32,000 bases of DNA from Candidatus Saccharimonadota bacterium (GCA_963716945.1 OY970322.1:30001-62000), one strand, 5' to 3'. Shown: positions 7,042-15,654, counted from the stretch's first letter. The notes: generated by a model from the letters alone, not told the origin. A program made the numbers and translations.

Positions 7042-8853
7042 GTGCGCATAACCGATTCGCTGGTCGAGACTCTGCTGCAGCGCGGCAAGCACGTTACCAA
7101 AGAGCAGCTGGCGGCGCTGCGCGAACAGAAAAAGACCGACAAACTGCCGCTGCAGGACCTGGCTATCAAGGCTAACCTGATCAGCGAGCAGGAACTGACC
7201 AAACTCTACGCCGCCGAAATCGACGTACCCTATATCGAGCTCAACGCCAAGGAGATCAAGCCGGCAGTGCTCAAACTGCTGCCGGAACGCATCGCCCGCC
7301 AGTACAACGCCGTCGTGTTCGACGTCGACGAGCACGGCGTCAATATGCTGGCCGTCGAAGACCCCGACGACATCCAGGCGCTGAATTTCCTGCAGAAACA
7401 GCTCGGCAACGACGTCAAAGTCCATATCACTACCAGCAGCCTGCTGCAAGCGGCGCTTGACCAGTACCGCGGCAATATCAGCAGCGAATTGACCAAAGTC
7501 ATCGCCAGCGAGGACGATGCCGAAGACGCCGAAGAGGTCGACGAGAACGACCTGGCCGAGGACTCGCCGATTGCCCAAACCGTCAACATCATTATCGAGT
7601 TCGGCGTCAAGGCCGGTGCCAGCGACGTCCATATCGAGCCGCGCGAGGATTTCGTGGTCGTCCGCTACCGTATCGACGGTTTGTTGCGGGAAGCCAACAA
7701 ACTGCCGCGCAAGGTGCTCGGCGCGCTGGTCAGCCGCATCAAAATCCTCAGCAACCTCAAGATTGACGAGCACCGGGCGCCGCAGGACGGCCGCTTCAAG
7801 GTCGAGATCAACGACCAGATTTACGCCTTGCGCGTGTCAACCCTGCCCATCCTGGACGGCGAGAAGGTCGTCATGCGTATCCTTAACGAGTCAAGCAAGC
7901 CGGCCGATTTCAAGGAGCTGGGTTTCTGGGGTACCGCTCTGGCCGACCTGCAACAGGCTATAGTCCAGCCCCACGGCATGGTCCTGGTGACCGGGCCGAC
8001 CGGTTCCGGCAAGTCGACTACCCTGTTCAGTGTCCTTAGTTCGCTAAACACCCCGAACGTTAACATTTCTACCGTCGAGGACCCGATCGAGTACCACATC
8101 ATCGGCGCCAACCAGACCCAGGTCAATCCGGTCGCCGGCATGACTTTTACCAGCGGCTTGCGCGCCCTGCTGCGCCAGGACCCGAACATCATCATGGTCG
8201 GGGAGGTCCGCGACGGCGAAACGGCCGACCTGGCCGTCCAGGCCGCATTGACCGGCCACCTGGTTTTTAGCACGCTGCACACCAACAACGCCGCTACTTG
8301 TCTGCCGCGCCTGTTGGAAATGGGCGTCGAGCCTTTCCTGATCGCCAGCACGGTACGCGTCGTGGTCGGCCAGCGTTTAGTCCGCCGCCTGTGCGTTAAC
8401 TGCCGCGAGTCCGAAAAGCCCGACGACGCGACGCTTAAGCAGCTGGAAAAGAGTTTCCGGATTCAGGATAACGGCGGTTTCAAAAAGATCCACGCTCTGG
8501 AAGTCGCCGCCCTGGAAGGCGGTATCGGCGCCACCAACGCCAAGCAGGCCGGCGGCAACGACGACTTGAGCACTACCGAGAGCAGCGTTACCAGGCTCTG
8601 GAGGGCCCATGACGACGGCTGCGACAGCTGCAACCACACCGGTTACAAGGGCCGGATAGGCATCTACGAAGTCCTGAACAACTCACCCGGTATCCAGAAA
8701 AAAATCGTCAGCAACAACACCAGCGAAGACATCGAACTGGCCGCCATCCAAGAAGGCATGCTGACCATGCAGCTCGACGGGCTGGTCAAATCGCTGCGCG
8801 GCCAAACCAGCATCGAGGAAGTCTTGCGTGTCACTTCTCAGGAGCAAACCTAA
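7042..8853 (+). CDS. pilB: Type IV pilus assembly ATPase PilB (GspE/T2SSE family)
   Basis: T2SSE N-terminal domain, Walker A GPTGSGKST, Asp/His boxes, and tetracysteine CVNC...CDSC followed by GYKGRIGIYEV. GTG start with Shine-Dalgarno. Confidence 0.95.
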   Translation: MRITDSLVETLLQRGKHVTKEQLAALREQKKTDKLPLQDLAIKANLISEQELTKLYAAEIDVPYIELNAKEIKPAVLKLLPERIARQYNAVVFDVDEHGVNMLAVEDPDDIQALNFLQKQLGNDVKVHITTSSLLQAALDQYRGNISSELTKVIASEDDAEDAEEVDENDLAEDSPIAQTVNIIIEFGVKAGASDVHIEPREDFVVVRYRIDGLLREANKLPRKVLGALVSRIKILSNLKIDEHRAPQDGRFKVEINDQIYALRVSTLPILDGEKVVMRILNESSKPADFKELGFWGTALADLQQAIVQPHGMVLVTGPTGSGKSTTLFSVLSSLNTPNVNISTVEDPIEYHIIGANQTQVNPVAGMTFTSGLRALLRQDPNIIMVGEVRDGETADLAVQAALTGHLVFSTLHTNNAATCLPRLLEMGVEPFLIASTVRVVVGQRLVRRLCVNCRESEKPDDATLKQLEKSFRIQDNGGFKKIHALEVAALEGGIGATNAKQAGGNDDLSTTESSVTRLWRAHDDGCDSCNHTGYKGRIGIYEVLNNSPGIQKKIVSNNTSEDIELAAIQEGMLTMQLDGLVKSLRGQTSIEEVLRVTSQEQT

Positions 8854-8856
8854 ACC

Positions 8857-10125
8857 ATGCTGTTTACTTACAAAGCCACTTCCGCCAGCGGCAAAACCAT
8901 CACCGGTACGGCCGAAGCCGCCACCAAACAGGATTTGCTGGCGCTGCTGCACAAGCAAAACATCCATCCGATCTTCGTCAAGGCCGGCAAAAGCCGCAAT
9001 AAGTCCAAGTCGTTGTTCGGCCCCAAGAAAAAGGTCAAGCTCAGCGACCTGGTCATCTTCACCCGGCAGCTGTCGACCATGATTTCGGCCGGTGTCCCGC
9101 TCGCGCGGTCGCTGTCAGCCCTGCAGGCAGATGCCGCCAACCCCTACATGAAAGAGGTCTTGAGCGGCGTCGCCAAAGACGTCGAGGGTGGCCAGCCGCT
9201 GGGCGACGCTTTTGCCAAGTACCCGACCGTCTTCTCCGACGTCTACGTCAACATGGTGCGGGCCGGCGAAGAAGGCGGAATCCTCGACGAGATACTCAAA
9301 CGCCTGGCCCTGCAGGTCGAACTTGACGCCAGCATCCGCAAAAAGATCAAGAGCGCCATGATGTACCCGATGGTCATCCTGACGGTCACGATCATCGCCT
9401 TCTTCGGCATCATGCTGTTTATCGTGCCCAAGCTCGGCGGCATCCTGACCAGCCTCGGCGGTCCGAACGCCAAGCTGCCCATTTATACGCAAGTGTTGCT
9501 GAACTTCAGCAACTTCTGCTCCAAGCCGACACTGCTGGGCCATCTGCCGGTACCGATTATCAACAAAATACCGAACCTGGTGTTGTTCCTGATAATAGCG
9601 ATCATCGGCGCCATCTACCTGCTTCGCTACATCAAGACGCCGTCCGGCAAGTACCGGTTCCACGCCCTACTGCTGCGCCTGCCGATCGTCAGGACTATCA
9701 TCCTGAAGGTTGCGATCGCCCGCTTCTCGCGGACCTTTGCCTCGCTGATGGGCTCCGGCGTCAGCGTGCTCGACGCCCTCGAAGTCACCGGCGCCGCTAT
9801 CGGCAACAAAGTTATCGAAGCCGAGCTGGCCGAAGCCGCCAAAGAAGTCCGCAACGGCAAGCAGCTGTCCGAGCCGCTCAGCCGCAGCCCGCACTTCCCG
9901 CCGATCGTCTCGCAAATGCTGCTGGTCGGCGAAGAAACCGGCCAGATTGACACCGTCCTGGTCAAGATAGCCGACTTCTACGAGGAAGAGGTGGCCGTAC
10001 TGATTGACGGCCTAGCCGCCGTTATCGAGCCGGTGATGATCATCTTTCTAGGGGCCGGTGTCGGCCTGATCGCCGCCTCTGTTATGGGCCCCATCGCTAA
10101 CCTGTCGAAGAACATTGGCAGCTAA
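8857..10125 (+). CDS. pilC: Type IV pilus platform protein PilC (GspF/T2SSF family)
   Basis: Two T2SSF repeats (FTRQLSTMISAGVPL..., FSRTFASLMGSGVSVLDAL...GEETGQIDTVL). Starts 3 nt after pilB. Confidence 0.93.
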   Translation: MLFTYKATSASGKTITGTAEAATKQDLLALLHKQNIHPIFVKAGKSRNKSKSLFGPKKKVKLSDLVIFTRQLSTMISAGVPLARSLSALQADAANPYMKEVLSGVAKDVEGGQPLGDAFAKYPTVFSDVYVNMVRAGEEGGILDEILKRLALQVELDASIRKKIKSAMMYPMVILTVTIIAFFGIMLFIVPKLGGILTSLGGPNAKLPIYTQVLLNFSNFCSKPTLLGHLPVPIINKIPNLVLFLIIAIIGAIYLLRYIKTPSGKYRFHALLLRLPIVRTIILKVAIARFSRTFASLMGSGVSVLDALEVTGAAIGNKVIEAELAEAAKEVRNGKQLSEPLSRSPHFPPIVSQMLLVGEETGQIDTVLVKIADFYEEEVAVLIDGLAAVIEPVMIIFLGAGVGLIAASVMGPIANLSKNIGS

Positions 10126-10131
10126 TAAAGC

Positions 10132-10159
10132 TTGACGTCATAACGCTTATGTTTATAAT
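10132..10159 (+). promoter_or_regulatory. Near-consensus sigma70 promoter (TTGACG-16-TATAAT) for the major pilin gene
   Basis: TTGACG at 10132-10137 and TATAAT at 10154-10159. The roughly 80-nt leader ends in AGGAGG (10226-10231). Confidence 0.6.
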
Positions 10160-10241
10160 CATAGCCAGATACTTGCGGCAGGCTTAACAGCTTAGCTCCA
10201 AAGATCGATATAAAACAATTAAACAAGGAGGGTGGGCTCTC

Positions 10242-10715
10242 ATGATCTCCCTTAAGAAACGTAATCAAGGTTTCACGATCGTCGAACTGTTGATCGTCAT
10301 CGTTGTTATCGGTATTTTGGCGTTGCTCGTCATTACGACCTATAGCGGCATCCAAGCAAAAGCACGTAACTCAAAACGGCAGACTGACATTCAGTCATTG
10401 CAGACGCAGCTTGAGGCGTTCTTCAGCCAGAACGGGTACTACCCGAGCCTGACTGACATGAACAGCTCCTCATGGCTGGCTACCAACATGAAGAGTCTGG
10501 ACCAGAACGCTCTGGTTGATCCTTCTAACCCGACCGCCAGCAAGACGCTGGTTAACGGTCCGGTAGCCAAGTCATACTCATACCAGGTCACTCAATCGGA
10601 CGGCACAACCAGTTGTGAATCTGATGACACGACCTGTGCTAAGTACACCCTAACCGCTACCTACGAGGGTACGGTCAACGGTAACACTCAGTACGTCAAG
10701 ACCAACCTCGACTAG
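10242..10715 (+). CDS. pilA: Type IVa prepilin, probable major pilin
   Basis: Class III signal MISLKKRNQG|FTIVELLIVIVVIGILA with Gly-1, Phe+1 and Glu+5. C-terminal Cys pair. Has its own strong promoter, Shine-Dalgarno and terminator. Confidence 0.9.
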   Translation: MISLKKRNQGFTIVELLIVIVVIGILALLVITTYSGIQAKARNSKRQTDIQSLQTQLEAFFSQNGYYPSLTDMNSSSWLATNMKSLDQNALVDPSNPTASKTLVNGPVAKSYSYQVTQSDGTTSCESDDTTCAKYTLTATYEGTVNGNTQYVKTNLD

Positions 10716-10740
10716 TAAACTTTTACTAAGTCTGAGTATT

Positions 10741-10770
10741 AAAACCCCTGGAGCTACTTCCAGGGGTTTT
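10741..10770 (+). terminator. Rho-independent terminator after the pilin gene
   Basis: Perfect 12-bp stem AAAACCCCTGGA / TCCAGGGGTTTT with a 6-nt loop and a T-run. The A-run/T-run symmetry would allow it to work in both directions. Confidence 0.8.
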
Positions 10771-10827
10771 AATCACATTACGCTATGTTAAATATCAAGG
10801 AAGTACTGAAAGTGCATGACTATACTT

Positions 10828-10850
10828 ATCCTCATATTAATTATGAGGAT
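10828..10850 (+). promoter_or_regulatory. Perfect 9-bp inverted repeat ATCCTCATA-N5-TATGAGGAT between a TATACT box and the G1 peptidase start codon
   Basis: Arms at 10828-10836 and 10842-10850. The right arm contains the Shine-Dalgarno GAGGA (10845-10849). TATACT at 10821-10826 abuts the left arm. Confidence 0.5.
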
Positions 10851-10857
10851 CTAATAT

Positions 10858-11784
10858 ATGAGCCAGGAAATAGCACCAATATCTCCAATAGAACAAGCTG
10901 ATGAGCAAGTTAGGGCTGAAGTATCGGGACAAAGATTTAGTCATTTGCGTACCATTGCAGCAAGAACCTTAGCCACATTAACACTCGCGGTAGCAAGCGG
11001 GCTTGCGTTAGCAGAGAGTGCACAAGCCGCTTCCCCACATAGAGCACCACCCGCACCTGGTCAGCTATTTAACGATGACGGCGATACCTGGGCAGGCTAT
11101 ATAGCAAGCTCCCCGGAGGATCTAGATTACGTAACGGATGATTTTATAGTTCCTGATGTGACATGTCCGGAATCTGGTTATTATGCCGTGGCGGTTTGGG
11201 CTGGACTAGGTGGGTATGAGACAGACGATGCCCTTTATCAGACTGGGATTGAGATAGTATGCAACGATGGAGCTCAGACCATACAAGGCTGGTGGGAGGA
11301 GGTGCCTGGAGATGGCCCAACTTTCTATACTCCTACTATAAGTGCCGGGGACAAGATGGTTGCCGAAGCGGTACTTAATGGGGATAACGTCGATGTGTCC
11401 CTAGAGGATTATGGCTCTGACCCATCAAATATGTACCCAAATTGGGATGGGACACACGTTATATCTACGGAATCGGAAGTAAGCCCCGATACCGCCGAGT
11501 GTATCGTCGAGGATCCTATCGATTCAACTACGGATGATCCGGATCTATTACTCGATTTCGGAAGCATTGATTTCTCGACTGCCACCAGTGAATCCTTTAG
11601 TGGGGCATGTGATGTTACAGCGAACGATATTAACCACATAATATCCAGTTCTACACCCGGCATAAATCATGGCTTGGAAGGAACGGCTCTAGATATTGAA
11701 GATTCTGACAGTAATGTATTGGCTGACACGTCCGGCTTATCAGCCGACGGTGAATTTACAGTTACTTGGGATGCGAGTAGTTAA
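10858..11784 (+). CDS. Secreted glutamic peptidase family G1 (eqolisin / scytalidoglutamic-peptidase-like) protein
   Basis: Signal peptide ending AESAQA|AS. Colinear G1 motifs: TWAGY, FIVPDV, VWAGLGG, LYQTG (catalytic Gln position), GWWEEVP (catalytic Glu position), TISAGD, AECIVED. G+C is clearly lower than in neighbouring genes. Confidence 0.7.
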   Translation: MSQEIAPISPIEQADEQVRAEVSGQRFSHLRTIAARTLATLTLAVASGLALAESAQAASPHRAPPAPGQLFNDDGDTWAGYIASSPEDLDYVTDDFIVPDVTCPESGYYAVAVWAGLGGYETDDALYQTGIEIVCNDGAQTIQGWWEEVPGDGPTFYTPTISAGDKMVAEAVLNGDNVDVSLEDYGSDPSNMYPNWDGTHVISTESEVSPDTAECIVEDPIDSTTDDPDLLLDFGSIDFSTATSESFSGACDVTANDINHIISSSTPGINHGLEGTALDIEDSDSNVLADTSGLSADGEFTVTWDASS

Positions 11785-11809
11785 GTTTCTGCTTGGAATT
11801 TAGGTCCCG

Positions 11810-13402
11810 TTACGGGCGGGTCAGGACTTCGCGCCAGGACAGGATGTTGTAGCCCGAGGTTAGCGGGTAGCTGGGCGGCGGCGAGTATTCCAGGTTGTAG
11901 TCGTACTGGGTAGTGTCGTTTTCGAAGCCGGTAATGTAGCCGTTGCCGTTGGTGCTGTCATATGCCGCGTTGCCGCAGGGGTTATTGCCGACCAGCCAGC
12001 TCCACGTCCAGGTTTGCCGGGTAGCCACCGAGCCGTAGAAAGTCAGCGTCTGGTTGCTGTTGGTCCAGCCCCGGGCACAGCTGGACTGCGAGCTGCGGTA
12101 ACCGGCCGGATAGTTGGCGCTGTCGCCGTTTTCGCCGTATTGGACCTCGCCGTTTTCGGCCAGCAGCGCGCCGTCGATTTCATAATTGAAAGCACCGCTG
12201 CTATAGCCCGTAGCCGAAGCCGGCGCGTATGGCGCAATGAAGATCGAGTCTTCGGCCACCAAGCCGATGGCGTCACTGCCGTTTTTGGCGGCGTAGAGCA
12301 GCGGCCCGGCAATCACGATATCGGTATTGTTGCTGGTAGCCAGCCGGCCCGAAGCGACCGTTACCCGGCCGTTGAAATTGGTCGGCGTCAATACCCAGAC
12401 GTTATCCTCGACGAATATCACCCCGGACGATGGAAGAGCGATGCCGGTCGCCACGGTCGTGGTATTCAAGGCGTTGGTATACGGTGTTAAGGTGTCGTTC
12501 TCGCTATTAACCTTTAACAAATCGTAGGTGTTGTTGCTGTTTAGCTTGATCAAATAGCCCTTGCTGGTACTGAAGGTAGTGCTGAGTTCGGGCACGTAGG
12601 CGTTGGTCCGCGGCGCCGACACGACGTTGCAGGGGTTGCTTTGCGAGTCATAGGCGGACGTCGTCGAGTAATTGGCGAAGGCGACTTTTTTCATGGTACA
12701 CAAGCTGCTGGAAACCTGGTTGAAATCTATCTGCGGCACCGGATAAACCCAGGCGCTTTTGGACCGGGTATTGCAGTTGACCGGCGAGGTGACGGTCGTG
12801 CTGCACCAGACCCCCGGATGGCTGGTGCTGCCATCGCCGCCGATCTCTGAGGACGGCACATACGTCGAGTTGGCGCTGCTGACGGTGGAATCACTGGGCC
12901 CGTCCATCCTCACGCCCTGGTTAGAACTGACCGGGCCGTCCGCCGTCTCGGTATTGCCGAACCACAGCGCCGAATCGGAAGCCACGGCATAGCTGGCGAA
13001 CGACGGCGAACCGATTTGGGCTTGGACCGTCCTGGTAATATTAGTGCCCGCCGCCTGGCCGATGGAACGAACGGTGACTACGGTCGAGCCGTTGCCCGCC
13101 GGATTAATCCACAACGTGTAAGTACCTTCGTTAACGCCGTTCGTATCGATGTAGTTGTGAGTATACGGGCCGTAGCCCAGCGTCGGGTTCGGGGTCGTCG
13201 GCGTCGATTGGCCGTCTTTGTAATCGGTCGAGTTGTGGTTGAGGTGCCACATGTAGTAGTTAAGGCCCGATTCGGCGATGTTAAACGCCTGCTGGCTCTT
13301 GACGATATTGCCGACGACCGTGAAATTCGTCAGCGTGACCTCGACGATAGCGCTGCCCATGACCGAAAAGGCGATAATTATTGCCAGCAGCGCGGGAATC
13401 AT
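11810..13402 (-). CDS. PilX-like pilus-associated protein, 530 aa, with large C-terminal beta-rich domain (candidate tip adhesin)
   Basis: N-terminal hydrophobic helix followed by QQAFNIAESGLNYY, which resembles the PilX_N signature. 4-nt overlap with the upstream minor pilin gene. The long Ser/Thr/Asn/Gly-rich C-terminal region has no motif I recognise. Confidence 0.7.
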   Translation of the reverse strand: MIPALLAIIIAFSVMGSAIVEVTLTNFTVVGNIVKSQQAFNIAESGLNYYMWHLNHNSTDYKDGQSTPTTPNPTLGYGPYTHNYIDTNGVNEGTYTLWINPAGNGSTVVTVRSIGQAAGTNITRTVQAQIGSPSFASYAVASDSALWFGNTETADGPVSSNQGVRMDGPSDSTVSSANSTYVPSSEIGGDGSTSHPGVWCSTTVTSPVNCNTRSKSAWVYPVPQIDFNQVSSSLCTMKKVAFANYSTTSAYDSQSNPCNVVSAPRTNAYVPELSTTFSTSKGYLIKLNSNNTYDLLKVNSENDTLTPYTNALNTTTVATGIALPSSGVIFVEDNVWVLTPTNFNGRVTVASGRLATSNNTDIVIAGPLLYAAKNGSDAIGLVAEDSIFIAPYAPASATGYSSGAFNYEIDGALLAENGEVQYGENGDSANYPAGYRSSQSSCARGWTNSNQTLTFYGSVATRQTWTWSWLVGNNPCGNAAYDSTNGNGYITGFENDTTQYDYNLEYSPPPSYPLTSGYNILSWREVLTRP

Positions 13403-14022
13403 AGGTTAGTCTTCCTGTTTCTTAAGCTTACCGTTATGCTCAGCGTCTGGCCGTTCTTGGTGTGCGAACCCGGTTCGGCCAAATTAACCTGTATTTCCAG
13501 AATGCTATGCTCGTCCGCGATTGGCAAGGCCATAAGCGTGCCTGACGCGTCATAATAATTGAACAGGTTGACGCCCGATGCCTGGTAATAGTTGCTGATT
13601 ATGGTGTAGGTCTTGGTGCTGTTGGTCAGCGGCGACCCGATCGGCGGGTTGGCGCTCATCGGCGTGACGTCGACCATGATGGCCGTGCCATTGGCACTGA
13701 GATAGTAATGAACTAATGAGACATAGGTATCTTGCGGCGAAAAGTAAGCGTAGGCCGTCAAGCTGTTGGACGACTCCGAAACGATGTCGGTGACGCCCCG
13801 GAGCACGTCGGCGATGCGCTGCGACTGGTTGGCCAGTTCGGTGAAACTGCTGGCATCCTGCTGGTACTTGGAGTAAAGAATCAGATAATTCGTGAAGAAC
13901 GTCCCGAACGAAATGAACATCACCGCCACGACACTGATAACGACCATCAGCTCGACTATCGTGAAGCCACCGTGTTTTTGGCTCCGGCGCGGGCGGCCGG
14001 AGACAGTCCTAAGGCGTGACAA
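13399..14022 (-). CDS. Minor pilin with prepilin-type N-terminal cleavage/methylation domain (PilW/GspJ-like)
   Basis: Leader MSRLRTVSGRPRRSQKHGG|FTIVELMVVISVVAV. C-terminal ...ITVSLRNRK typical of PilW/GspJ-type pseudopilins. Confidence 0.8.
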   Translation of the reverse strand: MSRLRTVSGRPRRSQKHGGFTIVELMVVISVVAVMFISFGTFFTNYLILYSKYQQDASSFTELANQSQRIADVLRGVTDIVSESSNSLTAYAYFSPQDTYVSLVHYYLSANGTAIMVDVTPMSANPPIGSPLTNSTKTYTIISNYYQASGVNLFNYYDASGTLMALPIADEHSILEIQVNLAEPGSHTKNGQTLSITVSLRNRKTNL

Positions 14023-15571
14023 TGATGCCTCCTAACAACGGAGCCGCCGGCAAAGTCAGCGTGTTGCTGCCGACTTTGACGACCAGCTGCGTATTGCCGG
14101 CCGTGGCGCTGGCCAGGTTAACCGTGCAGTTCACCTGGATACCGGCACTGGAACCGGTACACGAAGCCGTGAAAGTATTGGAGCCCTGAATGAAACTGAC
14201 CTGCGTCGTACAGCTGCCGGGGCTGCTGCTGCATGGCAGATTGGTGCCGGTCAGGTTGAAAGCGAAGTTCGACAATGTGCCGCTGGACAGGCTGCCGTCG
14301 TACGGCGTCAGGGCGTTAACCCGCGGGAAACTCGAACTGGTAGTCAGCATCAGCCGGACCTTTTGCAAATAATTGATGCCGTTATAGGTAAAGGTCGTGG
14401 ACGGCGGATTGGCCGGGTCGTACGTCGGCACGGTAATCGGCTGCAAGGAGTTGGACCCGCCATAAGGGACGGCCGCTGCCAGATAATAAGTCGTTCCGCC
14501 GACACTGCAGCTGGTCGCCCCGGCATCGCCGCAGAATATGTAGTTGCCCGGCACCAGGTTCGACAAGGCCGCCAAGCCGTTGCTGTCGGTAACCGGCCGG
14601 GTATCGGTCGGTGTCAAAGTGTCATAGTAATAGGTCGTGTCGCTCGTCGACGTGTATTTCTTGTAGCCGCCCTTGACGTAAATCTTGGCATTAGGCAAGG
14701 GGTTGCCGCTGGTATCGGTAGTCTCGATTACCAAGCTGTTCGGTCCCTGCTGCTTGAGGGTCAGCGTCGCAATCGAGGAGTTCTGGGAGATAAGGTTCTG
14801 GCTCGGATATGTCGGTTGCAGGCTGCCGTTGGGCGCGATCGTGGCCAGAGTCGAGTAGCCGCTGTCGGAGGCCGTGATCTGGTACTTGTTGCCGCTGGTA
14901 CTGGGCGGCAAGTCATAGAAGATGACGATGCCATTCTCATCGGTCGTATCGGACACGTTAACGGCCGGCGAAACCGAGTTATTGACCACGTTGACGGTCG
15001 CCCCGGTTATCGGGTTGCCGCTGCTGTCTATGACGTAGACGAACAGCGCCCCGGTATTGCTGGCGGTTTCGGCCACCAGGGCCGCTATCTGGGTGTCTAT
15101 GGAAGCCAGCTGCAGGCCGGATTTATCGGTTACGCTGACATTTACATCCTTGTAGTCGGCCGGGTTGGTATCGGTGGCCGGCGCACCGGAGGGCGGCGGG
15201 TAATCGCGGCAGTACTTTTGCTTGAGGGCCTGCGTCGGGTAAGAGCCGCAGCCGTCATAAGCATTGTCGACATAGGTAATGTTAGTAGTGATGGTATAGG
15301 TATCGCCATTGACCGTTTTGGTAATCGTACCGGGTATTGTCGTGTTGGAGACGATGGCGCCCCCCGTTACCGCCAGGTTGTCGTAGGGCAGCGACTTGAG
15401 GTATTCCATCTGGTTGGTCGCCAAAGTCGAGGCCACGGCTTGGCGGGTGCCGACAATCGCGCTGTGCAACAATGACACGAACAGGTCAAACGCCCCGAGG
15501 CTCAAAATAGCCAGCACGGCTATCACCATCAGCAGTTCCACCAGGGTATAGCCGGTCTCGTTACGCTTCAT
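14009..15571 (-). CDS. Giant minor pilin (PilV-like N-terminus) with carboxypeptidase-regulatory-like beta-sandwich repeats, 520 aa
   Basis: Leader MKRNETG|YTLVELLMVIAVLAILS and PilV-like ATNQMEYLKSLPYDNL. Repeats such as TGATVNVVN...TDENGIVIFYDLPP and TDSNGLAALSNLVPGNYIF. Several Cys pairs. Confidence 0.8.
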   Translation of the reverse strand: MKRNETGYTLVELLMVIAVLAILSLGAFDLFVSLLHSAIVGTRQAVASTLATNQMEYLKSLPYDNLAVTGGAIVSNTTIPGTITKTVNGDTYTITTNITYVDNAYDGCGSYPTQALKQKYCRDYPPPSGAPATDTNPADYKDVNVSVTDKSGLQLASIDTQIAALVAETASNTGALFVYVIDSSGNPITGATVNVVNNSVSPAVNVSDTTDENGIVIFYDLPPSTSGNKYQITASDSGYSTLATIAPNGSLQPTYPSQNLISQNSSIATLTLKQQGPNSLVIETTDTSGNPLPNAKIYVKGGYKKYTSTSDTTYYYDTLTPTDTRPVTDSNGLAALSNLVPGNYIFCGDAGATSCSVGGTTYYLAAAVPYGGSNSLQPITVPTYDPANPPSTTFTYNGINYLQKVRLMLTTSSSFPRVNALTPYDGSLSSGTLSNFAFNLTGTNLPCSSSPGSCTTQVSFIQGSNTFTASCTGSSAGIQVNCTVNLASATAGNTQLVVKVGSNTLTLPAAPLLGGIIVTP

Positions 15572-15579
15572 CTGACTAA

Positions 15580-15585
15580 ATTATA
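15580..15585 (-). promoter_or_regulatory. -10 box TATAAT 8 nt upstream of ATG 15571 (leaderless-type start of the minor-pilin operon)
   Basis: Minus-strand TATAAT-ttagtcag-ATG with no Shine-Dalgarno. Confidence 0.4.
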
Positions 15586-15654
15586 GGAAAGCATAACAGT
15601 TTTGCATAATCGTGTCCTTGGCCCGGCCGGCTTGCGATAAAGAACGTGCGGTCT

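Noticed and set aside
7042-7130. Possible c-di-GMP-binding MshEN-type motif at the PilB N-terminus
   Set aside because: RITDSLVETLLQRGKHVTKEQLAALREQ resembles the generic T2SSE_N helix pair. It does not fit the RLGxx(L/V)(L/V)xxGx(L/I) spacing by eye, and no cyclic-di-GMP enzymes are in the window.
14363-15475. 370-aa plus-strand ORF antisense to the 520-aa minor pilin gene
   Set aside because: The Arg/Gly/Val-rich, motif-free translation is typical of open antisense frames in GC-rich DNA. The opposite strand has a prepilin signal and domain repeats.
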